Positions 1 through 8,486 of a stretch of DNA of 64,000 bases are shown here, piece by piece. This DNA comes from an uncultured bacterium (GTDB lineage: Bacteria > Abyssobacteria > SURF-5): contig CAZSKP010000026.1 in assembly GCA_964607485.1 (NCBI GenBank), positions 1 to 64,000 of the forward strand, read 5' to 3'. Position 1 is the first letter of the stretch. Each line of letters begins with the position of its first letter. The translations under genes and the position numbers were made by a program. The notes under the pieces are model-generated. The model was not told the DNA's origin. It worked only from the letters and a program-made list of their open reading frames with translations, and searched no databases.

Positions 1-348
1 GGTCTGTACAAGGGACTGACCTGGCAGACCGAGGCCTTGTTCTCGCAGAAGGACACGGAAGAAGATCAAGAGGATACGTGGGGAATGTATTCCTCGCTCG
101 AATATCAGTTTGCCCGGCGCTGGAAGGCGGCCGCTCGATATGATTACTCGGAGTTTCCGGATTACGAGAAGTACCATGAGCACGGCTACTCGGCTTACCT
201 GACCTTCATGCAGAGCGAGTACGTGTTCTGGCGGCTCGGATACATGTTTGTGGATCGCAACTTCCCTGATCCGATGGAAGAAGATGAGCATTTGTTGTGG
301 GTCCAGATGGACTTCGGCCTGGGTCCCCACCGCGCTCACCAATACTAA
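1..348 (+). CDS. 5'-truncated outer-membrane beta-barrel (porin) linked to the metal ABC genes
   Basis: Frame open from base 1 (GLYKGLTWQTEALF...); amphipathic aromatic beta-strands; His-rich C-terminus GPHRAHQY; directly upstream of ZnuA-like gene. Confidence 0.6.
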   Translation, partial: GLYKGLTWQTEALFSQKDTEEDQEDTWGMYSSLEYQFARRWKAAARYDYSEFPDYEKYHEHGYSAYLTFMQSEYVFWRLGYMFVDRNFPDPMEEDEHLLWVQMDFGLGPHRAHQY

Positions 349-365
349 GAGGAGGGAGATAGAAG

Positions 366-1418
366 ATGAGACCGTCGAAGAATCTGTTGACTGCGTTCGC
401 GGCGATAGGGCTGCTTCTTTCCTTCTTTCCATCGGAGTGCGAGGCGAAGCTGAGAGTGGTGACCACTCACACCGTGCTCAAATCGCTCGCCGAGGAAGTG
501 GGCGGCGAGCACGTTTCGGTCTCCTGCCTCGCGACCGGCCGCGAAGACCCGCACGCAATCTCCGCCAAGCCGAGCTACATGGTGAGCGCGCGCAAGGCCG
601 ACTTGTTCATAAAGATCGGGATGGAGCTCGAAATCGGGTATGAGCAGCTTGTCATTGATGGTTCGCGCAATTACAAAATCCGGTTCGGCCAGCCCGGATA
701 TCTTGATACGTCCCTGAGTGTCCTCCGTCTTGAGGTACCCACGACGAAAGTGGACAGGTCCATGGGCGACGTGCATCCTCTCGGCAACCCACATTACTGG
801 ATGGACCCGTACAATGCACGCATAATGGCCGGCTCGATAGCGAAGAGACTGGCCGAGCTGGACCCCGCAAACGTTTCCGATTACGAGGCCAGCTTCGCCG
901 ACTTCAAGGCGCGTCTCGACGCGGCGATGTTCGGCCAGAAACTTGTCGAACGTCTCGGCGGCGACCGGTTGTGGTCGCTCGACTTGGCGGGACGATTGGA
1001 AACCTATTTGCGCAATGAGGGCCTTGACGAGTTGGCGGGCGGATGGTACCAGCAGTTACGACCGCTCAAAGGCACGGAGTTGATCACGTATCATCGCAGT
1101 TGGGGATACTTTGCCCAGAGGTTCGGCCTGAACGTCGTCGCCCAGCTCGAGCCCAAGCCTGGCATTCCTCCCAGCCCGGGTCACCTGCGCTACGTCGTCG
1201 AGGCAGCTCAACAGCAAAAGGTTCACGTGATACTGATGGAACCGTACTATGACCGCAAGGCGGCCGACTTCGTGACGGGGAAAACAGGGGCGGTCGTGGT
1301 GGAGGCGACGAACGCCGTGGACGGCCAGCCGGGAATAGATGACTATTTCTCCGTTATTGACAACGTTGTAAGAAGGCTAAAGGAGGCGACTCTCGCGCCA
1401 CAGAAGAAAGTGGGCTAG
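366..1418 (+). CDS. znuA: Zn/Mn ABC transporter substrate-binding protein (ZnuA/TroA family)
   Basis: Signal peptide; DPH, GNPHYWMDP, TYHRSW and EPKPGIPPSPGH motifs; RBS GGAGGG. Confidence 0.9.
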   Translation: MRPSKNLLTAFAAIGLLLSFFPSECEAKLRVVTTHTVLKSLAEEVGGEHVSVSCLATGREDPHAISAKPSYMVSARKADLFIKIGMELEIGYEQLVIDGSRNYKIRFGQPGYLDTSLSVLRLEVPTTKVDRSMGDVHPLGNPHYWMDPYNARIMAGSIAKRLAELDPANVSDYEASFADFKARLDAAMFGQKLVERLGGDRLWSLDLAGRLETYLRNEGLDELAGGWYQQLRPLKGTELITYHRSWGYFAQRFGLNVVAQLEPKPGIPPSPGHLRYVVEAAQQQKVHVILMEPYYDRKAADFVTGKTGAVVVEATNAVDGQPGIDDYFSVIDNVVRRLKEATLAPQKKVG

Positions 1419-1430
1419 CAGCCGGTTCGC

Positions 1431-1459
1431 ATAGGGGCGCACGGTCGTGCGCCCCTACA
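1431..1459. repeat. GTAG-type REP-like palindrome
   Basis: TAGGGGCGCACG-GT-CGTGCGCCCCTA hairpin; related copies at 4056-4079 and about 56598-56625. Confidence 0.7.
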
Positions 1460-1516
1460 GGAGAAATCACGAGTGTCGTTGGACCGACCTGATGCTTTGA
1501 AACAGGAGGAACCAGA

Positions 1517-2377
1517 ATGAATGATATGTTGGTCTTCATGGCTGCGCCGTTCGCAGCCTGCCTCATATTGACGGGAATTCACTGCTATCTTGGCCTTCAC
1601 GTTGTCACTCGCGGCGTCATCTTCGTTGACCTCGCGTTGGCGCAGGTGGCCGCCCTGGGCACGACCGTCGCGCTCCTGTTCGGGTTCGAGCTGAAAAGCG
1701 CGGAGGCATATTACTTCTCGCTCGGGTTCACGTTCATCGGCGCAGCCGTGTTCGCGCTGGCAAGGTTTCGTGAGGAACGAGTGCCGCAGGAGGCGATAAT
1801 CGGAATCGTGTACGCCGTCTGCTCCGCGACCGCCATCCTGGTGCTCGACCGCGCTCCACACGGCCACGAGGCGATAACGGCTATGCTCGTGGGAAACATC
1901 CTCTATGTCACATGGCCGGGCATTGTGAAAACATTCCTCATTTACGCCGCTGTCGGCTTGGTTCATTTCTTCCTTCGGCACAAGTTTCTCCCGATATCCC
2001 TCGACGCCGACGAGGCTTGGAAACGTGGGCTTTCCATCAGATGGTGGGACTTCGTCTTCTACGTCACGTTCGGATTCGTCGTCACGAGCTCGGTGCAGAT
2101 AGCGGGCGTGCTGCTGGTGTTCAGCTATCTCGTCGTCCCCGCCGTTTGCGCAATGTTCTTCGCCGACAAGATTTCCTCCAGGCTTCTGCTCGGATGGCTG
2201 CTCGGATTCGTTGCGAGCGTTTTCGGGATGCTCGTCTCCGTCAAGTGGGACCTGCCCACTGGCGCGTCCATCGTGTCGTCATTCGGGCTGGTGCTCGTCG
2301 CATGCGCCGTCATCGCATGGGCGAAACTTCCACGCGCCCCCGTATCCAAACATCGCCTCGACCCGACAAAAAGCTGA
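1517..2377 (+). CDS. znuB: Metal ABC transporter permease (ZnuB/ABC-3)
   Basis: Multi-TM; GLHVVTRGVIFVDLALAQ, EAIIGIVY and GVLLVFSYLVVPA motifs. Confidence 0.88.
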   Translation: MNDMLVFMAAPFAACLILTGIHCYLGLHVVTRGVIFVDLALAQVAALGTTVALLFGFELKSAEAYYFSLGFTFIGAAVFALARFREERVPQEAIIGIVYAVCSATAILVLDRAPHGHEAITAMLVGNILYVTWPGIVKTFLIYAAVGLVHFFLRHKFLPISLDADEAWKRGLSIRWWDFVFYVTFGFVVTSSVQIAGVLLVFSYLVVPAVCAMFFADKISSRLLLGWLLGFVASVFGMLVSVKWDLPTGASIVSSFGLVLVACAVIAWAKLPRAPVSKHRLDPTKS

Positions 2378-2463
2378 AGTGGAGAGAGCAATCGGAAAGC
2401 AGGAGCCCACACAATCCATCCATGGGCTCCCTGTAGGCTCGCGCCGCGATGCGCTCGAAGCAC

Positions 2464-2539
2464 TTTCGACCCTGGACTCATATCTTCGGACTTTCTTGTG
2501 ACCCTTGACTCTATTGATCAAACATAGTATTTTGTATGG
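2464..2539 (+). promoter_or_regulatory. sigma70-like promoter preceded by GGAC heptamers (copy 1)
   Basis: TTGACT(2505)-N17-TATTTT(2528); homologous to 4155-4236 and 53769-53860. Confidence 0.65.
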
Positions 2540-2586
2540 GCCAAACAAAGAAGGATTACCGCGCAAGCTGAAAGAGGAGGTTAATC

Positions 2587-3012
2587 ATGGCCGTTGACGA
2601 GAATGTGCTCGAGATGATGAAGCAGCAGCTCGGCTACTCCGACGAGGAGTGGGAGAAGTGGAAAGCCGAGCCCCGCAATATGGCGATAGCCGAGAGGATG
2701 CCGGATTTCATGAAGTACCAGGTGGTCGTCGAAGTGATCAAATCGCACGGCTGCGCCGTGGGGCTCAAACCCGGCGACAAGTTCTATTTTAATGCGAGCT
2801 CGGCGCTGCTTTGCAAGAAGGGCGTATCGCACATATGCGCCGGCGCGCTTATGCCGGTGCTTCCGTATGCGTGGGGCGTACTCGATAAGATAGCAACGGG
2901 GATGGACCCGACAAAAATGGCGTTCAATCACGTCCGTTGTATCGACGTGGGCATCGAAAACGGCGGCTGGGGTGAAGTGCTGATGGAAGTACGGGTCGAA
3001 GAGAGACGATAA
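2587..3012 (+). CDS. Cys-containing hypothetical protein, TIGR04076-like
   Basis: VEV..SHGC..G..PGDKF, ICAGAL and VRCID motifs; RBS GAGGAGG. Confidence 0.6.
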   Translation: MAVDENVLEMMKQQLGYSDEEWEKWKAEPRNMAIAERMPDFMKYQVVVEVIKSHGCAVGLKPGDKFYFNASSALLCKKGVSHICAGALMPVLPYAWGVLDKIATGMDPTKMAFNHVRCIDVGIENGGWGEVLMEVRVEERR

Positions 3013-3069
3013 GCGTCGCGCACGTTTACGGGTCATCATCTCTCTTACTACTCGGAGCAGTTAATAGTC

Positions 3070-3190
3070 GTCATTCTGAGCCCTTCGGCTGCGCTCAGGA
3101 TAAACTCCGCGAAGAATCTCAAAGGTTGCGGCAGGTCCGGTGAAAAACGAGATCCTTCGCTCGGGCCTGCGGCCCTTCGTTCAGGATGAC
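3070..3190. repeat. GTCATTCTGAGC...CAGGATGAC palindromic intergenic repeat
   Basis: Terminal inverted arms; homologous copies at 61060-61173 and a half copy at 53639-53667. Confidence 0.8.
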
Positions 3191-3285
3191 GAAAGTGTGA
3201 AGTAGTTTGTGCTCCCAGTAGTAAACGAAACTTTGCCGAATCGTCTGACGATGTGCCCGAATTACGATTCCCGGAGGAAAAGCAT

Positions 3286-4038
3286 ATGTCACAAGACGCA
3301 GTGAGAATTCTGGGCATCAGCGCCGCCCACAGGAAGAACAGGAACACGGCGTATATGGTTCGTGTTGCGCTCGAGGCCGCCGAGGAAATGGGCGGCGTGG
3401 CGACGGAGTTCATCGAGCTGTGGGGTAGAAAAATCAAGTATTGCATTCATTGCGACAAATGCCTCGTCGAGCCATTCGAGTGTATCGTGAAAGACGATAT
3501 GCAGGAAATCTATCCGATTCTCGACCGAGCCGACGGGATCATTTTCGGCGTTCCGGTTTTCATAATGGGCGTGACGGGAATATACAGGAATTTCATGGAT
3601 CGGCTGCGGAAGTACGTGCACACGGGCGGCTTTCTCTGGAAAGTCGGCGCTGCAATCACCGTTGCATACGGGCGCAATGCCGGCCAGGAGAGCACGCTAT
3701 CGGAAGTGCACACAAGCATAAAGGCGCTCCAGATGATTGGCATCGGCGGCGCGGGACACGGAGCCGCCGGCTGTTCGGGCCTGCCCTATGGGCCGATTCC
3801 GTGGGAGGACGACGGAAAGGTGATAGCGTGCAAGAACGACCCCTACGCGATCGGCGGGTCAATGATCGTGGGCAAACGGATCGCCGACGTCGCGAAGGTC
3901 ATGAAGCTCGGCCTCGCACACGCCGATTTCAAGCACTCGAAAGGAATCCACGAGATCGGCTTCAAGATCATCCAGAAATATATGGCCGAGCAAAGCAAGC
4001 GAGACGCCGAGGAGGAGCTGCAGGCGCAACAAGAGTAA
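3286..4038 (+). CDS. Flavodoxin-fold iron-sulfur flavoprotein / NADPH-dependent FMN reductase family
   Basis: ILGISAAHRKNRNT, CIHCDKC..C, DDMQEIY and DGIIFGVPVF motifs; start at ATG 3286 after GGAGG. Confidence 0.85.
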   Translation: MSQDAVRILGISAAHRKNRNTAYMVRVALEAAEEMGGVATEFIELWGRKIKYCIHCDKCLVEPFECIVKDDMQEIYPILDRADGIIFGVPVFIMGVTGIYRNFMDRLRKYVHTGGFLWKVGAAITVAYGRNAGQESTLSEVHTSIKALQMIGIGGAGHGAAGCSGLPYGPIPWEDDGKVIACKNDPYAIGGSMIVGKRIADVAKVMKLGLAHADFKHSKGIHEIGFKIIQKYMAEQSKRDAEEELQAQQE

Positions 4039-4055
4039 GCGGAACACGGAACTCT

Positions 4056-4079
4056 GTAGGGGCGCATGGCCATGCGCCC
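4056..4079. repeat. GTAG-type REP-like palindrome
   Basis: GTAGGGGCGCATGGCCATGCGCCC. Confidence 0.65.
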
Positions 4080-4154
4080 AAGAACAACAAACCATTCTTT
4101 CCAACCACGGATTCACACGGATTCTTTTTACTCGCCGCTAGCCCCTTCCCCAAC

Positions 4155-4236
4155 TTTGGACCTTGGACCTTGGACCCTGGACTCCGGACCTTCTTCTTGT
4201 ACTTGACTTTATTCACTTAAAGTAGTATTTTGTATG
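4155..4236 (+). promoter_or_regulatory. Five tandem (c/t)(t/c)TGGAC-type heptamers plus sigma70-like promoter (copy 2)
   Basis: GAC at 4159, 4166, 4173, 4180 and 4187; TTGACT(4203)-N17-TATTTT(4226). Confidence 0.7.
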
Positions 4237-4338
4237 CAGTAGCGGAGAAGAATGACCGCGTGAGTCTGCCATATCGAAAATGCAGATGCTGGCGTACAGT
4301 CACTCCTGATACCTGACGTTTTACGGCGGAAAGGATAT

Positions 4339-5580
4339 ATGGCCAATTGGAGAAATAAAGAGAAAGAAGGCTACAAGCCTGAGCTTGTTGCTCAAGAGAT
4401 GGAGAAGACTAAGATTCTTTCCGATACTGGGAAGGTCTCATTTAAAGGTTTTGAGTCTTTGGGGCATTTTGTATTGCTAAATAGTATGATCACCCTTAAT
4501 GAAGAGGTGCCGGAAATTGAAAAGCGAAGAATGATCAGGCAAGCAGCGTTCAACGCTGGGGCGAAGGGGAAGATTACTTCTGAGTCAATCCTTAACGAGG
4601 TCGCTAAACTTGAGCGAACATATCTCTCAACTACACCAAAGAAGTTCAAGTTGATTACTGAGATTTCGATTTCAAGGTCGTGTCAACTGCCGCGAGTCTA
4701 TTATGAAGGCTCATGCATTGTCATCAATGCACGTTTGGATGCGGCAACGAAGAAAAGCAGAAATGAGTTGCTTTTTGATGCGAAACGTTCGATGACCAGC
4801 GATCTGCGAAAAGATTATGCTAAGGTGAGTGTAAGCGTGACAGCTCGTTCTGTTTATGAGGCTGCAGACAAAGCACTTGATAGGTTGGATTTTGTTAGAG
4901 GGCTTTGGAACCTCTGGAGAAATCGCGGACATTCCCTCAGCATTTCATCCGGCAGAACAAGTCCAGTCAACCGTATCATACTTGGCCCCATACATACGCT
5001 TCATAATATTGATGGCACCCTCGCAGTAGATTCTTGGTGGTATGAACCTCAATACCAAGGCCCGGTTAGGGTTTATGATCAGAAGGCAAAAATTTCGGGC
5101 ATGTACAAATATATGGCGAATTTCCGAAGTCTCTTAAAGAAATCCAATTATGCTCCCGATATAATCAATGCGGTATTACGGTATGGCCGTGCTCTAGATA
5201 AGACAGATTTGGATTACTCATTTCTTCGGCTATGGGCCGTCCTTGAGCTTCTTACGGGAACACTGGCGGAGAACTATAAAGTAACGGTTCGTCGGGCCTC
5301 GTCTATTTTTGCGGACAGAGAGTATACCCACCAAGTTCTTTTGCATCTTAGAGAATATCGGAACAAATCGGTTCATTCTGATTTCGAATCCAGTGACATC
5401 GAGTCTCTGGTGTATCAATTGAAACGATGTGTGGAGGTGCTTATTGCATTTCATCTCAGATACAGATTCTCGTCTATGCCGGACGCTGCCAAATTCATGG
5501 ATATTCCTCACGATAAAGATTGGATTGACAAACAGATCTACAAGTTGCGTTACGCTAAGAAACTCATTTCTGGCTCATAA
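4339..5580 (+). CDS. HEPN-domain protein (ApeA-like), candidate RNase/anti-phage effector
   Basis: C-terminal FLRLWAVLELL...YRNKSVH (RxxxxH) HEPN signature; visibly AT-richer than its flanks. Confidence 0.7.
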   Translation: MANWRNKEKEGYKPELVAQEMEKTKILSDTGKVSFKGFESLGHFVLLNSMITLNEEVPEIEKRRMIRQAAFNAGAKGKITSESILNEVAKLERTYLSTTPKKFKLITEISISRSCQLPRVYYEGSCIVINARLDAATKKSRNELLFDAKRSMTSDLRKDYAKVSVSVTARSVYEAADKALDRLDFVRGLWNLWRNRGHSLSISSGRTSPVNRIILGPIHTLHNIDGTLAVDSWWYEPQYQGPVRVYDQKAKISGMYKYMANFRSLLKKSNYAPDIINAVLRYGRALDKTDLDYSFLRLWAVLELLTGTLAENYKVTVRRASSIFADREYTHQVLLHLREYRNKSVHSDFESSDIESLVYQLKRCVEVLIAFHLRYRFSSMPDAAKFMDIPHDKDWIDKQIYKLRYAKKLISGS

Positions 5581-5712
5581 AGGCATAACGGTTGAAACCC
5601 GACGCTTCCTGAAATGGATTCCTGCATCTTTGGCACGTCGTACCTCGCAAAGACAAATGGGCACAGCGATGCTGCGCCCGTACTTTCTTGTTCGTATTTC
5701 AGAGAAAGCTTC

Positions 5713-6069
5713 TTACAGTTCGTGGGTGCCGACGTGGGTCGGGACTTGGAACATCTCCTCTATCTTGGCTCTGATGCCGTCGATGTTCATCGGGCAATTC
5801 ATGACGGCGGTGGCCTTCTTGACGCATGTGCCGAAATAAATCTCGTCCACTTTCTCGCCCAACTTTTCCAGCACAAGCGTCTGTAGCTGCAGCTTCGGGA
5901 GCACGAGGCCGGGGCAGTCGCCGCAGCTCGTCTTGAACACCAGCCGCATGTCGCCTTTCCCCTCGAACGCGAACGCTTTGTCGTTGAGCGCCTTGTAACA
6001 CTTCGCGCAGCCGACGCAGCTCTCGTCCTGTATCCTCTCGCAATAAACGATGCCAATGTTCTTAGCCAT
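5713..6069 (-). CDS. CGGC-domain metal-binding protein
   Basis: IGIVYC, CVGCAKC, CGDCPG, IYFGTC, CP and GTH motifs; GGAGG 8 nt before ATG 6069. Confidence 0.85.
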   Translation of the reverse strand: MAKNIGIVYCERIQDESCVGCAKCYKALNDKAFAFEGKGDMRLVFKTSCGDCPGLVLPKLQLQTLVLEKLGEKVDEIYFGTCVKKATAVMNCPMNIDGIRAKIEEMFQVPTHVGTHEL

Positions 6070-6134
6070 TACTTTCTCCTCCATGTTCAAGCATTCCTTC
6101 ATCCAGTTTCGTGGGGTGTGCCCGCAGAGTGATA

Positions 6135-6150
6135 TGCAATCGCCTTGCCA
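6135..6150 (-). promoter_or_regulatory. sigma54 -24/-12 promoter for the CGGC gene
   Basis: Minus strand TGGCAAGGCGATTGCA. Confidence 0.75.
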
Positions 6151-6226
6151 TTGTAATTGCTACCGGAAGAGATTTGCAAATCCTCGGCTATCACGGGCTA
6201 GTTCCACCTTTTCCGGGAGCGATATG

Positions 6227-6278
6227 TGTTGCAATTACGCAACATATAGCGCCCCAATTCCGTTGCATGAATGCAACT
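6227..6278. promoter_or_regulatory. Tandem palindromic enhancer sites GTTGC-N6-GCAAC
   Basis: TGTTGCAATTACGCAACA (6227) and CGTTGCATGAATGCAACT (6261), 34 bp apart, upstream of the sigma54 promoter. Confidence 0.65.
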
Positions 6279-6453
6279 TTCCTAACCGCTACTCCTTTTA
6301 TCGACGGGTAGTTTCGAATCTGTGTATCTCTCCAGCCGGCAAATACTTAAACTGTCATCTAACCATTAACGTCGCGGACTGGCATGCGACGTGCTCTGAT
6401 GTCGCATCAGGAGGAAATGGGTCTCACGGGACAACGCAACATGAAGAGGAACG

Positions 6454-7800
6454 ATGACAGAGAAATCGGCGCTTGAGCAGAGAGATATTTCCGCCATTAT
6501 CTTCGATAGCATCAGCGAGGGAGTCTTCACGACCGACCACGACTGCCGCATCACCTCGTTCAACAGCGCGGCGGAGACGATATCGGGTTTCAGCAGGGAG
6601 GAAGCAATAGGGAAGTACTGTTTCGACATATTCCGGACCGACCTCTGCCAGACGCGGTGCGCTCTTCGCAACACCCTCGAAAACGGCAAACCGGTGTCGA
6701 ACGTCCGCGTGACCATCATCACCCGCGAGGGCCGCAAGGTGCCCATCAGCGTAAGCACGACGGTGCTTCGGGACGAGGCGAGACGTTGCATCGGGGCCGT
6801 GGAGTTTTTTCGGGACCTCTCCGAGATCGAGGGTCTCCAGGACAAGGTGTTCAAACTCAACCGGTTCGAAGACCTCGTAAGCTGCAACGAGCGGATGCAA
6901 CGCATCTTCAAGCTGCTGCCCGAGATCGCGGAATCTGAATGCAACGTACTGATCCAGGGTCCGAGCGGTTCGGGGAAGGAACTGCTCGCGCAGGCGCTCC
7001 ACAATCTCAGTCCACGAAAACACAAGTCCTACATCCGCATCAACTGCGCGGCGCTTCCCGAGACGTTGCTGGAATCGGAGCTGTTCGGCTACGTGCGCGG
7101 CGCATTCACCGACGCGAAACGCGACAAGCCGGGGATGTTCTACATGGCCCAGGGAGGCACGCTCCTGCTGGACGAAATCGGGGATATGCCGCTGGCGTTG
7201 CAGGTGAAGCTCTTGAGGGTGCTCAACAATGGCGAATACCAGCCTTTGGGCTCGACCCGAATGCTGCAAACCGACGCTCGCATAATCACCTCCTCCAACC
7301 AGGACATAAAGCGCATGGTCGAGCAGGGCGTTTTTCGAGAGGACTTGTTCTATCGGATCAACGTGATCAACATTCAGATTCCGCCACTTTGCGAACGGTT
7401 GGAGGACTTGCCGCTGCTGATCGAGCATTTCATCCAGCAGTTTCGGACAAAGCGGAAGAAGGACATACGGGGCGTGTCGAACGAAGTGTTGAGGCTACTG
7501 AGGAGGTATGATTTTCCGGGAAACGTGCGGGAGTTGGAGAACGCCGTCGAGCACGCCTTCGTGATATGCAGGGGCAACATCATTGAGCCCGAGCATCTGC
7601 CCGAAAGGATACTCGAGGCGGTTCGCAGTATCGAGGAACGGTCGGGACAGCCGTCCTATGGGCAGAGTTCAGAAGAATCCATAATACGCGAGGCGCTCGT
7701 CCGTAATAGGGGCAACCGCCGCAAGACTGCCGATGAACTGAACATGCATCGCTCCACGTTGTGGAGAAAGATGGAGAAATACGGAATCGCTTCTCCGTGA
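6454..7800 (+). CDS. sigma54-dependent activator, PAS-AAA+-Fis HTH, OrpR-like
   Basis: PAS with C-X8-C-X3-C; GPSGSGKE, ESELFG, GAFTDA and PGNVRELEN motifs; C-terminal HTH; no receiver domain. Confidence 0.9.
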   Translation: MTEKSALEQRDISAIIFDSISEGVFTTDHDCRITSFNSAAETISGFSREEAIGKYCFDIFRTDLCQTRCALRNTLENGKPVSNVRVTIITREGRKVPISVSTTVLRDEARRCIGAVEFFRDLSEIEGLQDKVFKLNRFEDLVSCNERMQRIFKLLPEIAESECNVLIQGPSGSGKELLAQALHNLSPRKHKSYIRINCAALPETLLESELFGYVRGAFTDAKRDKPGMFYMAQGGTLLLDEIGDMPLALQVKLLRVLNNGEYQPLGSTRMLQTDARIITSSNQDIKRMVEQGVFREDLFYRINVINIQIPPLCERLEDLPLLIEHFIQQFRTKRKKDIRGVSNEVLRLLRRYDFPGNVRELENAVEHAFVICRGNIIEPEHLPERILEAVRSIEERSGQPSYGQSSEESIIREALVRNRGNRRKTADELNMHRSTLWRKMEKYGIASP

Positions 7801-7901
7801 ACTCAGGATTCGCAACCCTCGGCCTGCTGCCGGTTGTCCTCGGCGGCTCGGCTGGCGCTCCGCTGGGCGCCTGTTCAGCGGCCGCGTCGGTTCTACCCAT
7901 C

Positions 7902-8447
7902 CTACGCCGGCGTCACGGCGATGCTTATTTCTTCCCATGAACCTTCGGGGAGAGAGAGTTTGTCCAGCAGGAGTATGGCCGACGGGTTAAGATAGTACTG
8001 GTTCGGCCTGTCCGGACCAACGAGAACGACCGGCGCGTTGAACCTGAAGGCGAACTCCTCGATCGGAATGTTGCCGAACGTGATTGCCTTCTCCAGGTGC
8101 GGAATCACGAGCAACTGGTATTCCCGATTCATGAGACACGTCCTGAGTTCTTTCGCGTGCCGGCTCTCCTCGCAGACCTTGAAGCCCACGTCAACGTACT
8201 CACCCAGACACTTGTCGTAATATTCGCGCAGCTTCCTGTCGGTGGCCACGAGAATCTTCTCATCGATTATCTTGCGGCCCTTTCCCAGGGGTTCCGAATA
8301 TTTTTCGTACGGAGACCTCAGGAAATAGAAGATGTTCAGTTGGCATTTGTTTTTGCGAGCGAGGGAAAATGCGAAGTCAAATGCCCAGTCCCCCTTCTCC
8401 GAGAAATGGGCGCACAGTCCCACGCTGTCCATCGCAACGGTAGTCAT
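7902..8447 (-). CDS. Universal stress protein-like protein
   Basis: CAHFSEKGDWAFDFAFSLA start and FNAPVVLV end typical of the USP fold. Confidence 0.7.
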   Translation of the reverse strand: MTTVAMDSVGLCAHFSEKGDWAFDFAFSLARKNKCQLNIFYFLRSPYEKYSEPLGKGRKIIDEKILVATDRKLREYYDKCLGEYVDVGFKVCEESRHAKELRTCLMNREYQLLVIPHLEKAITFGNIPIEEFAFRFNAPVVLVGPDRPNQYYLNPSAILLLDKLSLPEGSWEEISIAVTPA

Positions 8448-8486
8448 CGTATCTTCTCCTTTCTCTATCCGCACTCACGACGACCG

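Noticed and set aside
4290-5610. Integron attC-like ends around the HEPN gene (CTGACGTTTTAC upstream, GCATAAC downstream)
   Set aside because: No complete RYYYAAC...GTTRRRY hairpin and no integrase; at most a decayed trace
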